Source of the DNA: Trichoplax adhaerens | Lineage: Eukaryota > Animalia > Placozoa | NCBI RefSeq assembly: GCF_000150275.1 | Contig: NW_002060947.1 | Location: 5,180,267 to 5,244,266 of the forward strand | Reading direction: 5' to 3' | Length of the DNA: 64,000 nucleotides | In this document: one piece after another, positions 1 to 12,100 of the stretch | How positions within the stretch are numbered: position 1 is the stretch's first letter | How the letters are laid out: every line of letters starts with the position of its first letter | Made by a program: the position numbers and the translations under genes | Notes under the pieces: generated by a model | The model's input: the letters and a program-made list of their open reading frames with translations, nothing else | Told to the model about the DNA's origin: nothing | The model's database searches: none

Positions 1-779
1 ATAGCCATGCTCAAAATTGCGACAAAAAATGGCCAAGTAGTCAACAGATAAGATGAGGCAATGCTAGTAAGAACACCAATAAATTTTTTCTTCTTAGTTT
101 CATCACGATAGCGTCTTTCGTCACTAATGTAACCTGGCCGAATACTTTGCCTTTGATGCATAATAATTCTCCAATATGTAATTATTATCGCGGTTGATGG
201 TATAAAATATAATATAAGTGTAAATACAAAGAGGTAAATTGATTTATTCAAAGTAACTTCAGGAAAATCGCAAAATATGGGATCGTCAGGGTAGACATTA
301 ACATAAAATAAGAGGGGCACACATACAGCTGCTGATATAATCCAAACTTGAATTTCACTGAATAAAATAATTCGTGATTTTTTAGAATGATAAACTGATA
401 AAAACGGCCTAACAACAGCGAAGTAACGATCAATAGCTATAATTGCCAAGGTCATCATTGATATTCCATAGGATGTCATTGTTGTAAAAATAATCGTACG
501 ACAAACGATTCTGCCGTCGTTAACATCTAATCTATATACGACCATCAAGATATAACATGCTGCCGATGTGAAGCATGAAATGCTATCTGATATAACTGAG
601 ACCCGTATTAAATTATATGTCGTTTTGCTAAAGTGAAACCGATTACTTAGGACCATAAGCATAAACAAATTGGCTAATAGGCCTATGGCTGATAAAGGAC
701 TAGCTGCTATGCCGGCGTATCGGAATACATCAGAATAAGTTGCAGTCCCATTAGTTCCATTGCTTGAAATATTCCCCAT
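1..779 (-). CDS. Intronless rhodopsin-class (class A) GPCR, 3' end beyond the left edge of the window
   Basis: ATG at 779-777 opens a frame to the window edge: MGNISSNGTNGTATYSDVFRYAGIAASPLSAIGLLANLFML...ISDS...VCRTIIF...LAIIAIDRYFAVVRP...VWIIS..CVP...FCDFP...YFIP...TYWRI...LTTWPFFV. It has N-terminal N-glycosylation sequons, TM1 Asn, TM2 Asp, DRY motif, TM4 W/P, TM5 P and TM6 WP. It is absent from the ORF track because no stop lies in the window. Confidence 0.9.
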   Translation of the reverse strand, partial: MGNISSNGTNGTATYSDVFRYAGIAASPLSAIGLLANLFMLMVLSNRFHFSKTTYNLIRVSVISDSISCFTSAACYILMVVYRLDVNDGRIVCRTIIFTTMTSYGISMMTLAIIAIDRYFAVVRPFLSVYHSKKSRIILFSEIQVWIISAAVCVPLLFYVNVYPDDPIFCDFPEVTLNKSIYLFVFTLILYFIPSTAIIITYWRIIMHQRQSIRPGYISDERRYRDETKKKKFIGVLTSIASSYLLTTWPFFVAILSMA

Positions 780-3700
780 TTCCAGGTCTGATAGTTATTA
801 ATTTAATACTTTAAATAATAATTTTAAAACCCTACCAATACATTAGCTGGAAAATACTCAATTAAATTGCCTTGACCTCTTACCAAATAAAAATACGAAA
901 GATAATGGTCAACAGCATCTTGTTTAACGAATTAAATACATAAAGTTACCATATATGTAAGGGTGCAATCAAAAATCTTTATTCACTTAGGAATAGTTCT
1001 ATTCCTATTTGTTTCTCTATTCTAAGATTATAAAGGTAATCTTTCCCATGCATCGATTTTAGCAGTTGCTGTAAATTAGCTGAAATACAATAAGCCTGTA
1101 ATGGAGGGCAAGTGATAGCCAGTGCAGCTTTAGGTAACGAAGAATACAAACTCTTAATGATATTTTTCCCAGGATCTACTACTCCTTCAAGTACGCCATG
1201 TTCACTAGCATAAATGGTTCTGGCAATAGCTCTTAAGCTCAATTCATTCAAATCTATTATTAGATATATTAAGCCTTATGGCCAAGTTGGTAATAGATTT
1301 GTTATTTTCTATAGCTACACTAATCAGCATTAAGGTACTTTGAGACAGATTTTGAAGATACCCTTTCCTATTTTATTAATGACATTCATAGGTCTGGTCT
1401 ATTCACTGCTATTATCAAAATAGTTCTGAAAAGACCCATTTATGTTTATAGCTGTGTAAGTAAATACCAATGGCCGATCATCTAAATGAGATTGATTAGG
1501 AAGTGAATTAGTTTAGTATTTATGAACAAAGTAAAATTGTCATTGTCTAATTAATCTTTTCATCAACTTTATTTGTTTTTTTGAAATAAAAGAGTTTAAA
1601 ATAGATATTTTAATAAAGAAAATAGATTAAAAATATTTAGTGCTTAGTTTGTCCAATAGGCTTTTATGTTTCACGGTGCTGATTTAAGAGATTTATTGCA
1701 TTTTGTTTTCTCTAAAGCGCATTTTAATTACCATAGATTCTAAAGTTTTTAATGTAAGTATGCTTACATTCAAGTAGCTGACTGCAATAATAACGTCGTA
1801 AACTGTACTATCTAGCACACTTTTTATGTCATACTCATATGCGTAGACATGAATTTGATTATTATTCCAATCATAAGGGCTTATATTTAATATATATTCT
1901 ACTGAATGCTGGAATGTGGAAAAGTTTCAGCTATCGATATTTAAAAGAAGTTAATATGGAATTTCGATGGAAGTGAAAATTAAGACAGATTAAAATAGTA
2001 CCGTATTATTTTTTCAAAAGCTTTGGATATGGGAAATTTCTATTTAAATTTGCCAGTAAAAATATAGTACAAACACGATTGACAATCATTATAATAAATA
2101 TTAATTTATATTCTGATAGTAAAATTTGCTTCAAAAAATTTTCTGAATGTTAAAAGTATGCTTAATGCTTTATTCTATCAGTTGATCCCTTTAATCAAGA
2201 GAGGGATTATTATTTTTTAATATTTATTATAGAATGGGCTTTCAACCATATATATGAAAGGAAATAAATTATTCAAGCGTGTTTGTTCATCATTAAATCA
2301 AATAAATAGCTCTACGATTGTTAAACAGCTCGTTACGGTCAGAAAAATGTCAATGTTTTATCATTTTTATTCCAAATACTTCATTAATAAAAACATTTAT
2401 TAGTTATTCATTTAATTTAATAATGCGCTATAATGCTATTTTATTCGAAATTTATAAACTCTGATAGCAGATTTTTATCGCAAACATACTTAGCTTGTAT
2501 AGGTAGTAAATCCCACATTAAAATTTCTTTTCACTCTAGCAATTGCTAAGGCTTGACTTGTTAGTTAATTACCATACAAAAAATTATCATGTGAATTAGC
2601 AGCTTCTAAGAACTTCAATTAAATTGATAGCTGGTGATTTGGGTATAAGATAGGCGTCGTATAAATTTTCTTATTTTAAATTACTATTATAATGCTATAG
2701 TAAGATCGGTTTTAAAGTTAATAGATATATACGCAATTATATTTTAATTGTTAGTAAATCTGATCTTTTTGTTGATCGTAGGCCTACCAATGGAATGGAA
2801 AAGCTAATAAATGGTTAATTGTTTTAAATATAGTTTTTAATTGCTTGGTTAAGCTTACATTTTCAAAGTTACGGCTACGTAAATACACTTAGCTAGATTG
2901 CGGCGTACAAATTAAAGCCCTAACGTTATACAAGATCCGGCCTAGAATCGTATGCGATGCATAATGTTATAAGTATGCAGGCAATATTTTAAGTGTACAA
3001 GCAATATCTGGTTGCCAGCACTTTAAGGGTGTATTTAGGAAATAAGTAAAAATTTATGGTATCATCCAAAATTACATACAATTAAATGATTATAAATATT
3101 CAAGATTCAATATAGCCACGGTACCCTCTATTTATTCATTTATTATTTCAGATTTGTCACTGTTATACTGGCTAGCGGAAGCGTTTGTCCTTAAATACTT
3201 CATATATCACAAAATAAGAAATGGCAATGTTATTGAAAACAGCTGCTGTAGATTTATAAAAAAAATAAGAATGGTACATTTATAATAATTTTAACCACCA
3301 TTGCATAACTTCCGGATAGTTTTGAAACGGTTCATACGGTTATTACTGGTATCTTAAGGCTATTTTTACTTAGAAATAAGGCATTAAATTGTATTTATAC
3401 AACGTATGTAGGGGCGAAATTTTACGTAAATAATTTTCAATTTACATCCTAGACACATTTGCAATTGAAAAAATTAATCATAACGGAAATAAATTACGGA
3501 CGGCAGTCAATTTATGATAGTAACGTCTACAGATAATTTATATTCGTATTACATTGGCTTAAATGTATGATAAAATCAAAAATTTATACTTAGACCCCAC
3601 TATTGTAATTCTATATTGAGGATAGGTATTACAAATGGGTATAATACCCATCATAGCCTTAGTATAAATTGCTACTAGATTCGGTATAGAGAGACTACTT

Positions 3701-5159
3701 TGTTGAGACATGTAATTAAGTTTATGTAACCAAACATCGCATTGGCACTGTATAACCTGCAGTCGAACGGCCGCTAGACTACATGCAAGAACGCAACGCG
3801 TAGCTTGCAGTTCCGAATTCTAGTAGGATAGGTTTATGTGATTTCATTCAAAGAGCAGAGGCTTTAATTGTAAATAAAGAATCATTAACATACATCGTTC
3901 AGTTTACTGATTTACTGGAGTACATAGGCAGAACAAGTTCTGTGAATTACAGTAAAGAATTGCAACTGCCACTTTAAATGTTATTACCGTTTATTATCTA
4001 CATCTTTTTGATTACTTTCGTTCTAATAGAATGGAGAGATACGACATAATGTACTATTATTAATGTGCAGATCCATGACAGTAGAGCTATTTCTCGATTG
4101 ATTAATTAATGATCAGACGACTAAAATTTAAATTACCGGCATGACTTTAGAGTGTAAACATAGATAGCTCTCGAGAACTAGAAAACAAATCTGTGCTAAT
4201 ATTGTTCATCACTATAATTCGTAACAATAAAAATTTGATTTTCACTACGCTTTGACATAAAAATACCATCACTCAAATAAATTAAGAATAAACAACTTTA
4301 ATTCATTTATTAAGCAATGTCATAGTAATTTTGCACCCAGCTAAGAAGTAAATTTTTCAATTAAAACATACGTAGATTAAAACTGAAAGTATCAAAGAAA
4401 AACAAGAGTAGGCATACCCGATGCAGCCAATCAAACTAACAACAAAAGAAAATTTTAGCACATCACGATTTGTTACTTAATTCCTGGTTTTTCAGGAGCT
4501 ATTTTCTCTCCATTTCTTTAACTTCTTAGTAACTTATTCATTGAATTACTACAATATCTCAAATTTTCACGGTTCATAAAGTGAAAGTGTCTAGTTAATG
4601 ACGTATCACTTTAAACTACTTCAAATCAATTGAGCAAATTAATTACACAAGCTCAGAAGATTCTATCCTAGATTTTCTGATGCGGCTAAATAAACAATTT
4701 ATCCATAAGTTAGCCTGTCTACTATCAGTAACTGTTCGGCAGTATGCTGTAGACATTGAAAAATACAGTCAGTTAAATACAGCCTAGACCCTAGACTGAT
4801 TCTAGATATTAATACCGGCAAATCGGTATAGCAGTAATACTGATAGATTTTAAGCTGTCTCATCTCATAGTGCTACTATAATAAGTGAAAATTGTAGTCT
4901 TTAACAGTTATATCACATATCATTTTCCCTGCTGTATAGAGCAGTAAGCTAAGAAAAATTCATACAGATAATTTAAAATAGTCTAGTTAACTTATAGAGA
5001 GAATTTATGACTCATTCTAAGGTATTAGTGTTAACCTGTTTCTTGTAAGAGTTTAACATTTTATTTATTAAATGCTGATTGGATAAGATAGTTTTCCTGA
5101 GTGTATTTCAATGAAAATAGTTTGACGATACTTAAAATCAGTACGTACTGATACCTAGT

Positions 5160-7350
5160 TCTCATCGATAGCCTTTAACGAATAAATAACGAGAATGCTC
5201 ATAATTTGTAATCTAAATTCGAACCAGAAATCATGACTAATTTAACAATAGCGAATGAAGATATTGCAAATAATTGATTCAATATTACGACAAAAATTAA
5301 AAAAATTAAATACTTGATAATAGAATCCCGTTGATAGGATTGATAATTATAATGAATTACCGTAATTAATGCTTTTTACCATTTCAAACTTTATACCATT
5401 ATTGTACTATAATCGAATTTACTTTGCTCTTTAAATAAAATTAAGGAAATTGAGTCTCTTTTGTAATTTTGTACAGCTACCTACCTATCTTTAACGTTCT
5501 GGAAATTAGGTCACAGGAATTGTATAAATTAAATTAAGGACATTTTCATGTTAATTTTATATGCTACATTAAAATGCTCTAGTAAAATTGCTAGGTAAAT
5601 TAAGGACAATTTATATTTAAAATCAGTAGATCTCTCAGAATTTAATACAATAAGATTGTTGAACTGGCTTGTAAAAGAATTTAATAGCAATTATTGTTTT
5701 GGTATTTCTTATAATAATAACAAAATTATTTGTTGTAAGTTAACTTAGTACTGGGATTGTAGACTATTAGCCATGTTCTACTTCCAATAAATTATCAATT
5801 ACATTTACGTTTGAGTATGTTAATGAGTTGGGAATAAATAACATTGGATAGATAACTTTATTACAACAATATCTATTTAATTTATTGTTGTAATAATGAA
5901 TAAAGCTAATTTAGGTATAAAATTTGACAATCTTTTAAATTTAATTCGTACTTAATTAACGTCTGGATTTTTCATGGGTTATTCTGAGTAGAGAAGGCGA
6001 AAAGCTACTATCGACTCTTGCAGATAGGAGCTATGTCAACTTTTTGGCTTTACTGTAGACAGATCTCTGAGATAGTTAACTGAGTATTAGGCTGGTTCTT
6101 TACTGTACTAGAACTTTGGTTTATATTAGTTATAGAATATTTCGATATATCCCAACTTAGAAGTTATTTTGAATATGATAGTAACAGAATATCTAGCAAA
6201 GAAGAACTTACTATCAATTTAGTAATATCAGTTAATTGAATAAAGTAAATATTCTAAATAATTTACTATTCTATATCTACTGATTTCATACAAATATGCT
6301 TCAATTGAATCAATCATACAATTAAGATAACTGTATTAGTTTAGACGTATAAAATATATTCTATGATATGGATATTTGACCATACAAGAGTATGAAAGTG
6401 TTATATTCTGTATTATAGTATAAATATCTATGTTAGGATAATTTTGTTAGCCTGTTCTTATTTAGTTAACTTCTAATTTGGATATACTGTGTTTTAATAT
6501 AGCACTGGCTTTTTATGACAGAGACATATATAACATATACTGAAATTAATAACTATATTAGGGAATACGAATTATCTACTTTCAGTTCGAATCATCGCGA
6601 TTGTAACTTACTTATGATAGATTGTAAATTATCGTGGAAATGTCCCGTGACAGGACGTATCGCAATCTGGCTATTTTGTACTAGTCATCAGATGTCTATA
6701 TTCATAAATACTGTTGTCTACATTAGAGAGCAGTAGCTAAAATCAATGTCTAATTCAGAGAATAATTCCAAAGTTAATCGTTCTAACTATGACTCATGAA
6801 TTATTGAGGAAGAGTATATAAAGAAAATATATCGTGTAATAAAGTTAATTCTTAAAATTAGTGTTTAACGTAAAATATGAGGCATCTAAGTCTTTGTGTA
6901 TTCTGCTAGTAGAGCAAAAGGTTCATGATAGTGCAGATATCGTTCCTCGATACGTGATTCAAGGAATTGACTTATTGATCGTACATTACGTTATCTGGTT
7001 ACAAAGCTATTTTGTGACAAAGAAGCTAATGTGAATTGAAGCATTTTGCAAACTGTAGGCGTGTCATGAAAGTAATTCTCTTGACGTATAATTTATTTCT
7101 ATATCTCGGAAATGTTTTACGGTCTCCATAATTGTAATTTTAGTGGTTGATATTATTAATTTATGATGAGATAGACTAAAATAGTAATTGCCAACCAGCT
7201 AAACTGGATTGTATCTATCATCTCCAAAGTTATTAAAGTTCAAAGTACAGTTCCTAAGTTTAGAGGAAACGCTCTGATAGAATGTCTTTATATGTATCTG
7301 TTAAACTATTAATTAGAAATGATTATCTTAACTTTGTTACCGTGAATTGA
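5160..7350 (+). pseudogene. Heavily decayed intronless LRR-coding tract (LGR ectodomain relic), interrupted by repeats at about 6000-7019
   Basis: Broken-frame LRR-like peptides: DIANN, NKIKEIES, SGN*VTGI, VDLSEFN, GISYNN, TSNKLSI, ELGINNIG*I, KFDNLLNLIR and LNWIVSI. The last shares AAACTGGATTGT (7201-7212) with LGR exon 27129-27203 (GNWIVSV). Many stops and frameshifts; boundaries approximate. Confidence 0.4.
6391..7019 (+). mobile_element. Solo-LTR-like element, family A (copy 1)
   Basis: Aligns end to end with 36251-36880 and with the reverse complement of 24281-24885. Ends in TTTGTGACA; flanks AAGAG/AAGAA (5-bp TSD with one mismatch); internal TATATATAAA followed by AATAAA. Confidence 0.8.
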
Positions 7351-7992
7351 ATAGTATTAGACCGTATCTAATCTATGCAGACAGAATCTCTTTAGGGTAT
7401 TAATTTGCTAATTTCTAATAGAAGAGATGACTTGTGTAGTTAACCGGTCTTAGGTAGCGAAACCTATCAAAGGCAAGTTCGCTGACAAGAAATTAGATTG
7501 TGGCTTTCTATTAAGTTTTGAAGGTCTCTCAGTGTTAAACCCTATCGGCCTTGGAATGCCAATTTTCTGGTATTCTGGATAACAGTAGTATAGGATAGAA
7601 ATTACTCTTAATCCTTGTTGCAGGTTAGGGCTATTCCTAGCTAGTGACAAGTTAATATGAAATGAAATGCTTATTGGCGATTGGTTCAAAGATTTATACC
7701 AGTAGAGATTATGCGTGTCAGAAATTGTATATATATGATATATTATACTACTTTTCCCCTACTGGAAAGGATTTTAAACTAACAAAGTCTATATAGGTAG
7801 TAAATATAGATCCGTACTTATTAGGAAAGTCTCTGACATACTACTATGGTGATGGGTCTGAAATACATATAACTTAAGGATCATAATTAGCTTTAAATCG
7901 TGTCTTTTTTTCTCAATGATCGAAGTCAATACCATTAGGAAAAGAATTTATAGCTTTTCTCTCATGCTGAATTAATCAATTAAGTATATAAA

Positions 7993-8531
7993 TGCCATAA
8001 ATAAACTCTGCGAGAAGGGAAAACAAAAAAACCCTTTTATCAATCTAATAATTTAAATGCTCTTTTACTAAGCGAAAAGCACTCACCTAAAGTAACATAA
8101 AAATAGGAGCTTTACTAGCACAGACATATTGAAAAAACATTCTTACTCGAATTGTTCCCCGTTTATATAGAAACCATCTAACATGTAAACGACGATAATC
8201 TAATTATTATACACCATACTAGGGAAGGTATCTTGAAACAATATATCTGTCACACTGTAGTTTTTTCTATTAATAAATACTTTTAATATACTACCTATGC
8301 ATTACCTTGATCTAAGCGAGATTACGGTCTAGTCTAACTATCATGACCTAGAATTTGAATTACCTGGCTGTTATCTATATATAATAGCAATCCATATCAA
8401 ACCTGTAACAGCACAGTACGAATAGCACTTGTACCACTTGCCTTACCTAGCACTACATTTTTGGATTTTCTTTATTTCATTAACTACTACAGCATTATGA
8501 ACTGTTCTGGTAGTAAAGTAATACATTGACA
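7993..8531 (-). mobile_element. Degenerate solo-LTR-like element, family C (copy 1)
   Basis: 8145-8490 aligns with the reverse complement of about 18550-18895. TG...ACA ends are plausible; the TSD is degenerate (ATAAA/GTAAG). Confidence 0.55.
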
Positions 8532-8667
8532 GTAAGTAATCACTGCCATCTCTGATCTGATGTAGAAACTGAAATTCCTGAGTAATAGTGAAGCACTTAA
8601 AACTTATGAATTATAAAGCTATAGAACAACTGTAGTGTATTTAGAATATACCGTAACTATATTCTAC

Positions 8668-9102
8668 TGTTACAAACCAGCTTCGTGACAAGGATAACGT
8701 AAAACAAATCTTTAAATCTCTATAGTCTCCGGGATTCAGTATCCCTACTCACAAGAATTTAGACGCCTTTGATTCTACGTTAAAACAACTATACAATTGA
8801 GAACTGCTTTATTCAACTATCTGACGGGTTTATATACCCTTCTACAGCAGCTAACATTCACAAGTCATCTTATAAAAATACTTGGGTGAGAACATCTACT
8901 AACTAGTTTTTCACAGTCAGACTACAATATGTCCATTCACAGAATCATTTCAGCACACATTACAGCACAGCAATAAATTTACTGTAACATATTTATAATT
9001 AGAGTAATTCCTATTGTAAGTAACTAGTTGTAATATAATATCACTATATAATATTAACCAAATTTAGATATCTATTTCTTCACGGTAGTTCGCACCGTGA
9101 CA
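8668..9102 (-). mobile_element. Solo-LTR-like element, family B (copy 1)
   Basis: TGTTACA...GTGACA flanked by a perfect 5-bp TSD, TCTAC (8663-8667 and 9103-9107). Minus-strand TATATAAA (8829-8836) then AATAAA (8808-8813). A second copy lies at 17297-17777. Confidence 0.85.
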
Positions 9103-9109
9103 TCTACTC

Positions 9110-12100
9110 TTAAATATAGACATGTTGTATTGATCTTATATTTAGACATATCAACAGTCTGTTCTCTCTACAGTGCAATTCTCTGCATGACAACTAAAAC
9201 CACATTATCTGACTCTTCGAACCCTCCATCACAACAACGATAAAATTAAAAATACCAATCAGAAACATTGCTACTGATAAGAATTGATGATCTATTGATA
9301 ATTAAGTAAAGAATCCAAAATACGTCTATGCTAGTGTTACATTACAAATTCACAATTCATAAAAGGTACTTACCTATTATACGGAGAATCGCTTTGCAAT
9401 TTGTTATTGCATATTGTTGAACACAATTAATTAATAAATAACTTCTCTAAAATTACAACGTTCATTAAATCAGTTTCCATATGGCTTAGTGCTACCTGTA
9501 CCGACGGTTACAGAAATTTCGATCACTTTATTATCGTAAGGCAGACTCAGTTTTACTCCCGTAATAAGCACAAATACTTAGTTACGAAGTGTATGAACGC
9601 AGATCGTTATAGAAAGATTTTAAATTTATTCTTAGACATATTTATTGTTATGCTCAAATAATTCTCAAGAAATTTTTTAATGTCTAGACAGTTTGATTTC
9701 AGGCTCTTAACTTACTAACTTAATGTTAGCCGGAGATCTAGGCGAATAGACACCTAGAACATTTGAAAAATTTCCAGTAATTTCTATATGAAAGATGCTT
9801 ATTGTGACTTTTTACGCAATCATAAGCGTCAGATCGATATTAAGTCAATTCTTGTATATTAATTCGAAAATATAGCTTTTCTACCGTATTCCAGTTTCTT
9901 AAACCGTTAGGGTATTAACATCAGTACAAAGTGCATTTATTTTGTGAAAAATTTTATAGTAGAAATTTCCGAAATATACATATTCTACTTTAGCTATAAA
10001 ATCATCGTACATTATTCAACATTTGACAGGAAATTTTATATACAATTAACAATCTTAAATTTTAATTTTTCCTTACATACCACTTTTTATATTTTGAAAA
10101 TTAAATAACACGGATAGCACCTGTATTTACATCAGTAAAGTTTTAAAATCAAATACCATAAACTATCTTCTGAGAATAATATATCCTGTATTCCGCCCTA
10201 TTTTAAAGGCTATTAAAATTTGAAAATAAAATTTTTCAAATATAAATATTTTAAACTGAGATAATATCATTAAAGGGTACAAACTATCACCTTTATCATC
10301 AATGATTCCGAAAACTTCTTTTGATTATTGGTAACCGCATAATAAACGAATAAATAATTTTTAATGACAAAACCTCCTACCTTTTCATCGTTCATTACGC
10401 AAATTATTTTTAAACATTAATAATTAGAATTGCTAATAGTGAACACAGATAGCATCAGCGTTTCAAGATTCTCAATATACTCATGAATTGAATGATTATG
10501 CGGAACTACATAAGGCCCTTATTAGCGATTAAAATCTCAGATGCTGTTAAAGAATAACAGTAAAACATACAATTCTGTTAATTTTCTGACTATGCTTAGG
10601 TCTTTATTTGAATGGTAACTACGTAAGCATAAATTCGTCACTACCATATCATTCTTTTATAGCAAAATATTGCTTATATTAAGATTAATTATTTGTAATA
10701 ATGATGTTGCAACAAAATTTAAAATAGAATTTAAATAATTAATTTGTTGATAAAAAAAATTTAAATGATCTATTACAAGAATATCATGAAAATTAATTAC
10801 AGCCAACCGATAAATTAATTGTTCCCATGGATATCATTGAGGTTACTAACAAGAAAAGAAGTAGTCCGTTTCATTTTGGATTGTTTTTGAAGCTTGACAG
10901 TAGCCGTACTTTGTGGGATATCTCAAATCTTGAAATCAGTAAGTGGCATCTGTGCAACGAGCAAGAGTTGACATGTTAATAATTACATCTATAACATTTG
11001 AATTTATATAATCTAGAATATATTATCAATTATTTGTTTCTGTTGTATATTTTGCGATCAATTTGGGTTCCAAATAGGTGATATATCTGAAGCCTTAGTT
11101 TCTTTCATTTTAAGCTGTGGGCATGAAATATTTGTTTTACCTCTCAGATTTCGTTTCACAACTTTAATTTAGCCCCTCATATTATTGCACTTATCAGAAT
11201 TAATTTTAAATTGCAAATACAGTATCGATATAGTTATAAAACTTCACGAATTATGAATATAAGTCGAAGATTTATATTTGTACAATATTTAATCAACATC
11301 AAAGAATACTTTCCTTAGAATGAAAATTCAAGTCTTTTAAACTACGTAGAAATAAATTGGATTTAGTGGAGAAGTTCAACTTACCTTGCGTCACCGTACT
11401 CTAGCACGAGTAGCTGATTATAAAGTAATATATTTGTCAAAGAATATATAGACAAGGTCATTAGCATATAAAATTGTCTAATATTTTATTTTTTCTAATG
11501 TTAGATGATGATTTTATCTTGAAATACCAATTGTTTCCTTTATCAATTTTGTAACCTTGAAATAGTCAACATTCAACAGCTAATAAATATCTGATATTTA
11601 TAGTAATGTTAAATTGTAATCTTATTACTTCCTGTAATTTCTGATATTACATTAAATCTTGCAAACATTAAAACTATTTCGTTACAGCCTCTCTACATAA
11701 TTTAGGCTTATTAGCTTATCGATCCGATGGTAGAATCAAATTTATCGTTTTCAAAGATACTTGATTATCGGTTTTCGATAGATTGATTTCTACTTCGTTA
11801 TTACTCATTTCGGAGTTGATAGAGACTAGTGACTGTTAAGTTATCATCTCATCTAGTAATAGTTATAATTTAATCTATCTGACGATAGTAAATGCACTTC
11901 TATTGATTTGAATATAAATTGATTACATACTCTGTTTATAGATTAACATTCGACACCAGCTATGATTTGAAGTGCATTACGATCATGGAATCGATTATAT
12001 GATAAATTTTTGTTTAATTTTGTTTTATCTACTTCAAAAGTATCAATGAAAAAGCTCAATCTATTCCATTTTCTTGCTATGTAGTGTTTAAAAATATGCT

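Noticed and set aside
979-1251. 90-aa minus-strand ORF upstream of the GPCR
   Set aside because: Non-ATG start, no recognisable motif and no splice context; likely chance.
6515-6736. ORF similar to the ORF at 36338-36529, suggesting a small gene family
   Set aside because: Both lie inside copies of the same solo-LTR-like repeat, and their starts and stops are not conserved.
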